NCBI GenBank assembly: GCA_964016885.1
Contig: OZ024740.1
Coordinates: 306,032,001 to 306,096,000 of the forward strand
Source of the DNA: Eledone cirrhosa
Taxonomy: Eukaryota
DNA length: 64,000 bases
Direction of reading: 5' to 3'
Shown here: one piece after another, positions 51,326 to 64,000 of the stretch
Layout: the number at the start of each line of letters is the position of its first letter
How positions within the stretch are numbered: position 1 is the stretch's first letter
Program-made: the position numbers and the translations under genes
The notes under the pieces: model-generated
What the model saw: only the letters and a program-made list of their open reading frames with translations
Database searches by the model: none
Told to the model about the DNA's origin: nothing

Positions 51326-51492
51326 AGAGAGAGAAAGAGAGAGAGACCAACACACACGCATGCGCGTATGCCTTAATTAGAATTTTCACATTTTTAAAAC
51401 TCTGTTTACTTGTGGAATCTCACATATGAGATACAGTGAATTAAACTGCGATCAATTGAGATTAGCTTTGAAATCAGAAGACAAAATGCACA

Positions 51493-51580
<88 letters not shown>

Positions 51581-52306
51581 CTCTTTCTCTCTCGTTTTCC
51601 TCAAAATTTAAAAACACCAAGCAATGACGCTAGTTCCAAATCTTGTATTTAAAGTTGGCTGACGAAAGCAACAAACAAGTTTCGATCTTGTTAGATCTCA
51701 TCAGTGAATTTGGGTTGGCTTACATTATTGAAGTTATCTTCCTTGCTTTTTGTTTTTTAGAGGGAGTTTTTTTGTTTTTTAGAGGGAGTTTTTGTGTTCT
51801 GATGATGAGGATAATTGCAATTAATCGAATATTTTCAACACGCTATATTCCAAATGCGACTCTACCTTATGTGTATTTAGCATACAGAATACTCTTTTGA
51901 TTTATTTTCTCTCGGCCGTGTTGTTACTTATGGAACACCCTACACATGTGTGTATATATGCGTGCTTATATATGCGTGTGTGTGAGGAAAGGCACTTATT
52001 GAAAGCCAAGTAGCGGCTCGTTCATGCTCAGCGTTGAATAATAAATACTATCCCGCTCTACATTACCAAAATGAGGACTTGGGGTGGGTGGATCGTGTTG
52101 CTTATGTATATATATATATAGAGTTAATGCTTTTATATATATATATATATATTCCGTGTTTCACATTTTCGATCTCCGGAAACGTGAAACTCAGGTTTAA
52201 CAGTTAATGAAATTTTCAGCTAGCTTCAAATAAATATGACTCTAAATTTTGTATTGAGTACTCTATTTACTCGATGTTTGAGCACACACACACATATATA
52301 TATATA

Positions 52307-52340
<34 letters not shown>

Positions 52341-52437
52341 TATGTAGAAAGTGAAGAAAATGAAAGAGTTAACTACTTTGCGAGAGTATAATCCTTTTTC
52401 ACACGAACGAATATCAATTAATGGTCTGCACTGAGGT

Positions 52438-52498
<61 letters not shown>

Positions 52499-52558
52499 AC
52501 ACACACACACACTCATACACACACACACACACACTCATACACACACACACACACACAC

Positions 52559-52589
<31 letters not shown>

Positions 52590-52605
52590 TACACACACAC
52601 ACACT

Positions 52606-52640
<35 letters not shown>

Positions 52641-52800
52641 ATACACACACACACACATTCACACACTCACACACACAAAGATATATATACATGCACTTAC
52701 ACGTACACACACCCACATCCTCACAGAGGGAGTTTTCATCTCTTCTGACTCTGTCCGTCTGTTTTTTCTTTCTTTCTCTTTCCGACATTCTGTCTCCATA

Positions 52801-52895
<95 letters not shown>

Positions 52896-53279
52896 CTATA
52901 TTTGTTCTCTCTTCCTTGTTAGTCCCTTTCCTGCTCCACTACGGTCTATTACGGTCTGAACGGTCTATTATTAACAACTAACAGCCAAAACACAGCAGTC
53001 ATTTATTTCACTTTGACTAAATTTAAAGTTCTTAGTGTTGTTCAGTATCAAACAGACCACGGCACAAATAAACAGAGTGAAGATAATCAAAATAGCGTCC
53101 TATAAGGAAACTGACCCTAAACTCTAAGAAACAAGAAAACAAGTGAGAGATGAAATAATCATTCATGAACATTTATTTGATATCAATTCTATTGATATTG
53201 TTTTTGTGATTCTCTTGTATGAAATATGAAATATGGTCGGAGCGGCCAATAAGTAAGATATTTTCCTTGCTTAGATAAT

Positions 53280-54350
53280 ATGGGACAGGCTAGCCACAAA
53301 CATAAAAAACAGAACTCAGCTCAATATGGGAGGTATTCTAAGAACAAAAAAGTCCCTGGTTCGTGTACATTTTCGGCATCCCTTAAACACGCTGGAAATG
53401 AGCCGTGTTATCCTAGTTTTTCGATGAAAAATTCAGAAAAGGCATGTAATATGTCGTTCCGAGAGTTAGAATTAATGGACAACAGAAATATGTCCATAGA
53501 GACTAACACGGCGCTAGATATGTATGAAATGGATCAGAGGGGTGCAGAAAACGTGCAGGATATGTACCCAGTTGTGCCAGGGGAAAACTACTCATACAGT
53601 GGTCCTGTTGGACAAGAAATATGGTATACCCAGGTAGATTTTAACCCTTACTATACCAATAGATCTTCATACAATAATGAATGTTTTGGAGATGAGCATG
53701 ATGATTCGCTGAGGACCTCCAACAATGTCAAACAAATAAATACTCCAAATATGCCGGAAGTTGAAGTAAACCAAAATGAGTCGACGGAAAGGCCGAACAT
53801 ACATTACGAAAATAACGATACTGTTGAAGTAGATATGTCCGGAGACAACAGAAACATTTTACCATACACTACATTGTATCCTCATGTTGAAATACATCCA
53901 CAACCGAATGATTTCATGTGTGATAATGCCGAAGAGCACTGTTACTATCAATGTGTAAACATGGAGGATGAAATATCTTCGGATGAGAGAAATGACACAA
54001 TTAGCTCAATGGAGAGTACCTATAGAGAAACAGCGAGAACAACTGAACCTTTACTTGACATGCAAAGAAACTTGATGGAATCAGTTGTTGGAAATACAAT
54101 AGAGATGACTGCTATAAATGTTATTGAAACGAGACTTTCGCCATCATGTTCCTACCACGAAGATGGGGAGGGTATTGAAGAGATTGATACAAGTATCGAT
54201 GTCAAAAACGAAGTAAGTGCAACATCGTCAGGTAGCAGTGTAGTTCATCGGATGGTGGCTAGAACTGTCAAGAAAATAAGTTTACTCAGTGACCTTATTA
54301 GGCAATGGAAGTGTAATGCCAAAGAAAAAGATTGTTTTGATGAATTACAG
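53280..54350 (+). CDS. Host gene alternative coding exon B (acidic, Asn/Glu/Ser-rich)
   Basis: 357 open codons in unique sequence. Acceptor TTTTCCTTGCTTAG| at 53274 and strong donor CAG|GTAAGC (phase 0). Confidence 0.75.
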
Positions 54351-54469
54351 GTAAGCACTAATTATTTCCAATGATAATATACATTATATATATATAATAT
54401 ACATTATATAATATACATTATATAATATACATTATATATATATATATTAGATTTAACAATGAAAACAAG

Positions 54470-54660
54470 GGCGGTGGATTGGCAGTAACGGTAGAGGGTC
54501 AGATGCCATGCTTTGACGCATTGAGTTACGGCCCCTGCCATTCTGAGTTCAAATCCCGCCGAGGTTAACTTTGCCTTTCATCCTTACGGGGGTCGATAAA
54601 ATAAAGTACCAGTAATGCACTGGGGTAATAACTGGCCTTGTGCCAAAAGTAGAAACAATT
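54470..54660 (+). mobile_element. SINE copy
   Basis: Well-preserved SINE core. Confidence 0.8.
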
Positions 54661-55346
54661 AATTTAACAATGAAAACAATAACAAAGTCAAGTTATTTTA
54701 TCTATTCATTTCATTGTTTTACGATCGTTTCGGAGGGTTGATCATATTGTCATATTAACTGATCTGTAGCAGTTATATAATGGATTTCACTGGATTACTC
54801 GTTATCGGATTACATTGAGTTCTATCTACGGTACGGACCCTACCACGAAGGGTAGACCACACACACACACACACACACAAACATATATATATATATATAT
54901 ATACTATAAATTATGTCCTTAGAATCATTTGATAAGCTGGACCAATTACAGAAGGTAACGTTTTCTAGATTTGAGAAACTTCAGTTGACTTCACCCCACC
55001 CCCACCTCGATCGTGAATGAGTTATTTAAAGCTACTCTCTCATTTTTATTGTTGACCCCAAGTCAATCCTGGTGAAGCAAACCTTCTTCTTCATCTTCGG
55101 CTCTGACCCAGTAAACCTATGATCAAAGACGTTCCAGTCATGAACATTCCATTTTTTTGTATATCTATAACATTGGGCAACAAAAAAAAAGGTTTTGTCT
55201 GGTGCCTGGAATATTTTAACGGATTCTTAAGTGATTTTGCCTGCTAAATTCAAAAATAACTTCAGTTTTTCTCTATCAGGTCTAGTTTTCTGACTAAACC
55301 TGATAAAGTAAGTATTTTATTCATACAAGAGGCATTCATTGAAAAC

Positions 55347-55410
55347 AAATTGGAAGAATACATAGGTCAGTGAAATTATAATTTCACTGACCTATGTATT
55401 CTTCCAATTT
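55347..55410. repeat. 64-bp perfect palindrome
   Basis: AAATTGGAAGAATACATAGGTCAGTGAAATTA|TAATTTCACTGACCTATGTATTCTTCCAATTT. Confidence 0.95.
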
Positions 55411-55817
55411 TTTAAGATGGTAAGGTATATTTGATGGCTATTTCTAGCAGGTCAAGTTACTACGTTAAAGCTCCTTCACTGAATCGTCTTTTATATTGTT
55501 GTTGTTTAGGGTAGTGTCGGTATTAACGTTGTTATTGTTGTTGCTTAGTCCCAGGTCGTCCCTGATCTAACAGACTTGAGTCAAGACGTGCCAAGCATAG
55601 CGTATCTAGATACGCTATGTAGAATGGAACTATGGCGGGTATTTCTTGAGGGTGAGCAATGTCGTAGAGGTTTCTTTATTGGTGCTAGTGTTATTATTGG
55701 TAGTGATGATATTATTGTTGTTGTTGTTGTTATTATTTCGCTATCTTTATCTCCCATCTATGTATGATATTCGGCCACAACTTCAACTCACGAACGTTTC
55801 TTTTATATTACTTTCAG

Positions 55818-56094
55818 CGTATGAAAAAGAAACTATTCATCAATCCAAAAGAAGTTTTGGGAAGCTCTCCACCAGAGGGTTTCGCCCTTAGCATGACGAA
55901 CTTGGTCAGTAAAGTTCTCACAGAAGCTTCAAGTGTTGAAAAAGATATCCATCCTTACGGACGAGGAAATATGTATACCAATGCTTTCGCCGGTAAAAAA
56001 TCTCTGGTGAAACTTGATCCTGGAAAACTTATGTTCTGGGGTATTGTTATATGTATGGTAACTGGAGCAGCATTTGGAGTTATTATTCTATCAG
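55818..56094 (+). CDS. Host gene shared exon with transmembrane helix
   Basis: TTTCAG| acceptor (phase 0) and G|GTGAGT donor (phase 1). Ends LMFWGIVICMVTGAAFGVIILS. Confidence 0.8.
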
Positions 56095-56357
56095 GTGAGT
56101 ACTTATATTTTCCTCCTTGTGTTATACTCCTATTCAAACTTACCTCCATAAGTATTAGTTGTGTAGTATTGTTTCTTGGTCTATTCAATGATCCTAAATG
56201 AAAATCAACTATCCCAACAGGAAAGTTTGTTAAGGTCGATTATTATTATTTCTGTAGTTCCATGTTTTCAATATAAAAGTAAACACTTAACAAGCCATTT
56301 AACTGACAACACACACATACGCATACACACATATACACATTCACACACATACACATG

Positions 56358-56446
<89 letters not shown>

Positions 56447-57577
56447 TCAGGTTGAATTTGCTGACCACTTGCTAAATCCCATCGTTATGTAATAACAATG
56501 CTGAACTAACTGACCACTAGCTGACCATGACCTTACACAATAACTACGTTGAATTAATTGACCACTAGCTGACTACGTACAACTGACCCGTCAAAAGCTA
56601 ACTGCAATATTACACAGATCTCCAGTAAAATTAGACATAATTAGACATCAGCTATTCAATATCTAAATTTTTTTTAATGAGTTTTATATACACAAATTGA
56701 TAGAAAAGAAAAAAGTGATGAATGAGAAAGCATAGAATGTTAATGAAATAGAGAGAAAACGACGCCCGACCGAGTATCCCTCACTTCCAACTAACTTACC
56801 CTCCGCTTCTGGGTCCTTCCTGAGGGGTTGGAGAATACATTGCCCAGGAGGATGACGAGGGCAGCCAACTCCGCTCCGATAGCAATGAGTAGGGATGTGG
56901 TCCGAGGGCCAAGAACGCCGAAAGTCTCCACAAATTATTTTTGTTATTTAACCCTAGATCAGCTCTGATTAAGCAGACATATATGATCAAAAGCATTGCA
57001 GTCATAACCATCTCGTCTTTTTAAAAGTATATCTAGATTATCCAATATGTCCTTTCTTTCTTCGGGCGGAAAAGTTGTGGTATGAGAAAGATTTGGCTGG
57101 TATTTCTAGAAGATCTAGCGATCATGCAGCAGTTTAACGTGTTTAAAAAGGAGGTTGTATAATCCTTTGGTCTTTAGTTTTAAGAGATGATAAAATCAAA
57201 ATCAATTCCTATATATAATTAAAACCCAGTACCACAAAGATCTAATTAGACACCAAGTATTCAACAATGAAATATCCAGATCGACCCTCTACCATCTGTT
57301 CTCTCATCACCTTCATACAATAGCAAAACAAATGGACAGGGCCTTTATGTGATCACTAGATTTGCAAGGAATTGCAACCAAATTTCCCTTAAATCACTCT
57401 CTAAAAAAGAGGAAGAACACAATAGATAGCGTAAGTCCTAGGTACTATCTGAGAAAAAAGGCAAGATTCTTGTGGCGAAAACGTCTTTAATCAGTGATTT
57501 TCTAGATCAGAACTAACTTGGAATTAAGCAATAAGAGCATAAGGTTAAACAAATTTTAATATATCAGTGTAGGGGCA

Positions 57578-57725
57578 AGAGGCGGCGAATTGGCAAAGTC
57601 ATTAGGGGTTTCGGATTAAAAACTCCTCGGTATTTGTTCTGGCTCACGGCACTCTCTGAGTTCAACTTTGCTTTTCATCTTTTCGAGGTCGATAAATAAA
57701 ATTACAGTCAAGTACTGGGGTTGAT
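57578..57725 (+). mobile_element. SINE copy (diverged)
   Basis: GGCGGCGAATTGGCA...CTGAGTTCAACTTTGCTTTTCATC...GTCGATAAA. Confidence 0.6.
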
Positions 57726-58257
57726 TCTTCTCCTGTCTTTCTTTCTATTTCTATGGAATAAATCTACTGTTCCAACCTAGAGAGGAATGGGTTCCACTAG
57801 GTTATAAATGCCCAAAGCACGCCATGGTTAGAATGACGTCCCTACAATTCCATCATGACTTTAAGGCACTTCACATTTTAAGTAGAAGCAAAGTATCAAG
57901 TATATATGGAATGGGAAATGAGAACATTTAAGGTCATGACTCTTTCATGATTATTAAGCGATGTATGTAAAGTGATATACTAGTTCGTTAGGAGCTTGCA
58001 TCTACTTTATCAACGTCTTTTCTTTTACTGTTTAGTTAAGGGAGAAAGGGCAGTGTCCATGAACCTTTTCATGGCATCAGAGACTGGTGGGAGAGGGAAA
58101 GGTATCATCAAACCGGAGGCCTGCAACTGAATGGACTCCGGTAGTGGGGGTTAAACCGGGTGATGGATTAAATCTATCAACCAAGTATGCCTCAGCTGGG
58201 TCTGAACTCAGAACACAAAGCCAGTGGTTCAACAATTCAGTCAATGGATAGATACTC

Positions 58258-58390
58258 TATTTATCGCTTTCGAACTGATAAAAGGCAAAGTTGACCACAG
58301 ATGGATTTGAACTCAGAACGTAGAGAGCCTGAACAAATACCGCTAGATATTTTGTTCTACGCTCTAATAACCCTGTCAATTCGTCGCCTA
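58258..58390 (-). mobile_element. SINE copy (diverged)
   Basis: AAAGGCAAAGTTGACC...GGATTTGAACTCAGA is the reverse complement of the core. Confidence 0.65.
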
Positions 58391-58928
58391 CAGCAAACAC
58401 ATCTTTATTGTGTTCTACTTTAGAGTAGCTTCCGCCAACCAATTTCCAAATCTAATGGAGTGGTACTTATCTCACATAGGATGTTCATCTATCATTGGTA
58501 ACTTTTCCTTGCCTGGGGAAATCAACTTCGTCAATTATATAGCACTGCCACTACTACGTTCAATACTGAACTACACTACCCAATTTACAGCTAGGATCTA
58601 TATTCCTGTTTTATTTATTGACAACAGTGAACCACACCATGCTGTAATACCTATTTACTCCAGTTAGCATAGCACCTTGTAGTGCCTATTTGCAGCAACG
58701 AACTACAGTATACTTCGTATCTATTTCTAGTTAGGTTGACTTGGCCACGGACATAATGTAGTGACATTGACCGGATACGAACCACCAACTACTCGATTAA
58801 TTTTCTGATACAATATCCTTTCAACCATCTGCATTCTCCTATTTCCAAATTTAGTAAATAACTGAACATTTTTTTGTCTTCCAAAAAAATATTAAATATA
58901 TTATATAATAACGTGTTTTATTTTCCAG

Positions 58929-58996
58929 AAATCCACCGTGGATCTTTGAAACGTTTGCTAAAACGATACAATGGTTCGTTCCCAGACTGGTATTAA
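58929..58996 (+). CDS. Host gene terminal coding exon
   Basis: TTTTATTTTCCAG| acceptor. Phase 1 gives EIHRGSLKRLLKRYNGSFPDWY*. Confidence 0.65.
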
Positions 58997-60513
58997 CTTT
59001 ACAAGAAATATTTAAGATTCAATGTATTTCAAGGCAACATCATCCTCAATCCACAAAGCTACATATTTCAAATAAGTTTGTCACCCATTTTCCAATACAA
59101 AATGGCGGCTGAGCTAAACTACCTGGCAATTAAAACGGCAAATGGTCAGCTCAATCATGTAACTCCGAAGCAAAGATAATGCAAGTTATATAAGTAGCGT
59201 ATACGTATAATACAGATTTTAAGGCGACGTTTGAAACTGAAACGTTGAAAAGTATGTAAATATTTATGTACATTTGTATTATACAATGTTGCCGTACCGA
59301 AACATATATAATTGTTTATAAACTTTCATTGAGCCTTTTTGTAAACTACACTCAATTAAGATGAATTAAGATGTTCTCTGTTAGGTTCATGTGTGTCTTA
59401 TTGTTGACAGTGATGGAGTTGATTCGTCAACTGGTGGTTAAGCGATTGCATTCGTTCCGCTGATCGTCGAGTGGTATGTTAATATGAACAACACTGCAGT
59501 TTAATCCAATAACACATTTATATACGCTAAAATGACTGCAGTGGATCCAGATCTTGATAAAGGCATACAAGAAATAGTAGTAACATTCAGGGAAGAAGAA
59601 ATTCATAGAAGTGGTGGGTAATTTCACGAAAAGTGTTCATATGTTGCAGTCTGTTGTATTTTTTTTAACAAGGTGTATTCGTGTTTGTATAATCGTGTTA
59701 AGTGTTTGCATTCCTATATGGATGTAGTACGTGTGTGTGTTTAACAAGTTCATAGGCCTTGCACAATACGTGATACTCAAGACAATTCGTAGTTTAGTAG
59801 ATACAGATAATTTTCTGCGAAGATCCTTGTTAATATCTTTACTGGAGCCGAGCAGACTATTTGTCTTTTTGTTGTATCCTCTTTTTGAGAGCCCACCCCG
59901 AGGTAATTGATGTGTTACGAAGAGGCCAAGAAACAGTTTTCATTGGCCGATTTCATGTTAACAAAGTTTTTGTTGACACATAAGAAAACAAAAAAAATCA
60001 AAATTAAAAACGTTGAGAATGATATTGCTGACTCACTGTTAGAAACTTGGTTGGTCGACCAAACGTTTAGGTTTCGCTTTCTGTGAGAAATTCTGTTACA
60101 TATATATACTTGTATAGTAGTATGCATGCATATCTATGCATGTAAATATTTGTGCATATGCATATATGCAGTACATGTATATCTGCGCATACTTCTATAA
60201 ATCACATTTATTCGTTATAGAATCAGCAAATTAAACAAAGAAAGACTTTTGGGGAAAATTCTATCCTCAAGAATCTTTTCCGATCATATAATCAAAAAGT
60301 TAAACAAAACTGATATTGATATTTTGCTTAAATGAAGTTATTTTTCAGATAATTGTGTAGATGTAGATCATTTGTAAATATTAAACATCCCAATGTCGCC
60401 AGCCATTTGAAAAATATACTTCAATTGTGTTGGTGAGTTTCGTAAAAAAATGTTTTTTCGTTGGTCCGTTTTCTGTGGTCTCCTTCATTCAAATATATAA
60501 ATTTTATAATATC

Positions 60514-60598
60514 AATTTGATCAAATGTACAAATGACCAATAATTTGATCAAATGTACAAATGACCAATAATTTGATCAAATGTGCAAATAAGCAATA
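60514..60598. repeat. 28-bp tandem repeat x3
   Basis: AATTTGATCAAATGTACAAATGACCAAT repeated. Confidence 0.85.
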
Positions 60599-62409
60599 GT
60601 TAAGAGGCTTGATTAAAAAAAATAACATCCTCTTAACCAATGTCCATTTTCTCCTCCAGAAATAGTATTCTCATATATCGTACACGATATATACTATGGT
60701 GTGTTTGTATCTGTATAATTGTGTGTGCGCTTTACTGTGTTGTTTGTTTGTTTTTTAGTTGTAGTTTGGATGATTTTTCGTTATATATACCTATATTTTA
60801 AAATGATATACGATAAAAAGGAAATATGGATGAATTATGGTTTTCTTGTTTGATGCTATGGCTGTTGTTTCTGGTGTCACAGGAAAAATATTGATTTGCA
60901 TATGAACCAAACTGAAAAGCTGAATAAGATCAATAGTTTAAAATTTTAAATCAAGATTAATGGCTCTTTATTTAAATAATATCTTCAATTATATATATGC
61001 GTTAAACATCCACGTTTATACTCTTGTGACACTATGAAATACGTTTCAAACTGGAAACGAAAAAAAGAATAGTACCCAAAGTTACTGAATGTCTTCGGAT
61101 TTTAAAAAAAATATATTTTCAAGAAAAACCAATATAGTCATTTGAGAATTTAAAAAAAAAAAAAAAATCAATGATAACGCGGAAAGAAAATTCAAATTCG
61201 CTGAACTCGTAGAAAAACGTAACCACTATATTGCTCAACCTGTAACGATTATTTAATTAAATACGCTATTTTAAAAATTGTAAAAATAATGTCGTGGCTT
61301 TATTCGAAATCTACGATGATGGTAGCCATAACATTTTGAATTTACCATCCATCAGAATCCACGAAAAACCTTGCCATTTTACAGCTCGTCATAATATTAT
61401 AAGTGATTGTTTGTTTGCTCATATGATCCCTTATTAAATAAATACTTTCATAAAATTTCATTTGAGTGTAAGACGAATATATTTTATAAAACCATTTTCA
61501 ATAAAAAAAAATTAAAATAAAAAAAATGTTGAATGCATAACATCACTTAATATCCAAGAGAACAATTTACTAACATTTTCCGTAAACTTCAATTTGATAT
61601 GCAGCACTCAAAAGAAGAAAAATTACATTATAAATTTTACACTCCTGTACTTTTGCTTCTCATAGGTTTATTCTGTAAATAAATATAATTTCAAATACTT
61701 GATTTGTTGTGGAATTTCTTTTCAAACTAACATTTTAACATGAATTAGTCAGCGAGAATACATTGGCTATGTTCTTTACAATGCAAAGCCTGGTCCGAGA
61801 ATCGAACTCACAACTTCGTGATTGTAAGCCCGAGGCTCTAACCACTGAGTCATGCGTCTGAACGTCTATGTAAAAACAAGGGGTGGTTTAAATGCTTGCA
61901 ACGGAGTGAACTTCGTTAAAGACAAGGTGAGGGTGTTAAATAGGAGGGGGTGTTAGGCCTACTAGTACTTTTTCATATAGTTTGTCATGATGTTGAACTA
62001 GATGAACGCTAAAACTCCTCAATACACTTCTAGCCGAAGACATTGATTACTTTTGACGAAACATAGATGCCATGAATTTTAGGAGAGGAGAGAATTGGTA
62101 AGTTGTGGTTTTAATCTGTTTCTAAAGATATTAACGTTGTGTAGTGAAATGGCTTCAACTAGGAATCAAAGTTGTGTCATGATCCCTGCTTACTGAAACC
62201 TCATGCCTTGCTGTATGGCACTCCTGAATCATATCATATCACTAACGACGTGCTATATAGCTCTATAGTTGTCAGCAGCGACAGCATTGTGAAATTGACG
62301 AGTGTTTCGTAATATTTGGTCATGATAGAATCAGTAATAATATAGCCCAACTTTCTCTAAAGTTGAATTGGAAATCAAATAACTAATTCATTTCTTACTT
62401 GTGTTAATT

Positions 62410-62660
62410 ATTCTTGCCACGGTCGCCGTCGAGACATCAGCCGAGCTCCTCCGTAAAATCGGAACGTCAGCATCCTGTCTGAGGAAGGAGCCCCGCGAGG
62501 TGAGGTGGCTGTTGCAGCGTGTGTCGCTGGACATTGTCGGCAGAAATCCTTTTGCAGTTTTGTCTGCCCCGACCTAGGTGTAGAGTCTGTCACCCCTCTC
62601 TTTCATCCTTGCCTAATAGTCCTTTCCCTTTCCCTATAGTCCTTTCCTTTACTTTCCAAT
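62410..62660 (+). mobile_element. CRE-like LINE 3' fragment
   Basis: VAVET...ELLRKIGTSASCLRKEPREVRWLLQRVSLDIV, same family as 42380-42830. Confidence 0.7.
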
Positions 62661-63129
62661 AGAGCCAGATCTGTCCTTCTTTACCCCTTCCCACCGTTTT
62701 TCATTACTTAATTTTGTTTTTATCCTTTTTTAATATTTTAATGTTTAACTTTTGTTTAACTTATGTATAACTTTTGTTTATTCAACTTCACAGAAGAAAA
62801 ATATTAGATGACACTCATGCCTTTCTAAATTAGCCATATACCATTTATCATTGGGCATAATAAAATTATTATTACAGTGGGGTAAATGATAGTGAATGCA
62901 CCCGACCAGCTTGATGGATGGAAATATCAGTTTATTCCACTGGGTTTATACATAAATAAAAAAATAAAAAAATGACTTAAATTTACTAATAATATAAAGA
63001 CAGTTGTCCATGAGCTTTACCGGTGACACATTTAAGATCGACTGTCCTTGAAACCTTCTATATGCCTATCACTTAGCTATCGTAGCCGAAGCTTTTCGGA
63101 GAAATAGATTAAACATTCTAAACTTAGCA

Positions 63130-63868
63130 AAGACTTGCACTTGATAGGTTTGATACCGGGTGCTACATGACTGGATTGAAAATCAGTGCTGCAAAAACTG
63201 AGACACTCGTCCTCTGAAGGAAGCCTGCACAGAGCACTCTACATGTAAATGGAGTTTCACTGAAGTAAGTGGAGACTTTCAAGTAATTTGGGGCCGTGTG
63301 ATGGAAGGTAGGAGGCTGAATTAAGTGCAAGAATTGCCGGAGCTGGTGCAGTAATGCGCCAGCTTCAGCATTCGGTAATCAGAAGAAGGGAGGTAGGTGT
63401 AAAAGCCAAACTCACTATTTTCAATGCGGTATTCGCGCCACCCTTACCAATGGTCATGAATCTTGGGTAATAACGGAAAGAATACGATCGCGAATACAAG
63501 CGTCCGAAATGGGATTCTCTCGAGGAGTCTCTGGAATAATGTTACTCGATAGAATGCGTAGCTCTGAGGTCAGAGTCACTCCAGGTAGAACCGCCACTTC
63601 TCCGAATTAATAGATCACAGCTCCGATACTATGGGCATGTGATTAGAATGTCTCAGGAAAGAATCGCTGGACATATTTTACGGTCAAAACCAACCAACAG
63701 TAGACCCAGGGGTATACTCCGAGCAAGATGGTTGGATAACATCCATGACCTTGGTTGGTCTCGTTTCGGGATCCGTTGGAGACGGTTGCTTATGACAGGA
63801 CCCGCTGGAAGGAGTGTTTGAAGACTCAGATTCCACGGCCTTCTCGTGAATAAGTGGCCGAAGAAGAA
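63130..63868 (+). mobile_element. RTE LINE 3' part
   Basis: Colinear with 31610-32370 (GHESWV.TERIRSRIQASEMG, QLRYYGHV.RM, RG..RARW). Confidence 0.9.
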
Positions 63869-64000
63869 CTTAGCAAAGACAAACGCTTTAGTTAGCAGGA
63901 ACAAAGATAACGCTCTACCACCCTCTGGTAAATGGCCGTGTTCAATAGGCAAGAAAAGAAAGGTGGGAATGCCATACTTTGTACCAAATGTAAACTATGG

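Noticed and set aside
59915-60127. Minus-strand 70-aa ORF or small exon
   Set aside because: No recognisable motif and no consistent partner exons.

Overview
Repeat-dense animal genomic DNA, not prokaryotic. It is AT-rich, with (TACA)n, (TA)n, (GA)n and (CA)n microsatellites and a recurring tRNA-headed SINE; I infer a coleoid cephalopod, probably Octopus. One spliced host gene on the + strand can be assembled from phase-compatible GT-AG junctions. A Pro/Lys/Glu-rich repeat exon (26496-28830) plus exon 37188-37459, or alternatively an acidic exon (53280-54350), joins shared exons 55818-56094 (single C-terminal TM helix) and 58929-58996 (short tail, stop). This predicts about 983-aa and 471-aa tail-anchored isoforms with no family I recognise. 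The rest is decayed mobile DNA: a Rep/PIF1 Helitron with a 4x23-aa N-terminal repeat lying between R4/Dong LINE pieces, two more Helitrons, Tx1, RTE, HERO-like and CRE-like LINE fragments, and MITEs. There are also Penelope remnants with hammerhead ribozyme cores and a tandem array of short bipartite RTE derivatives inside (TACA)n. Most short ORFs in the track are microsatellite or antisense artefacts. Element boundaries are read by eye and approximate, and family names come from motif recognition, not database searches.
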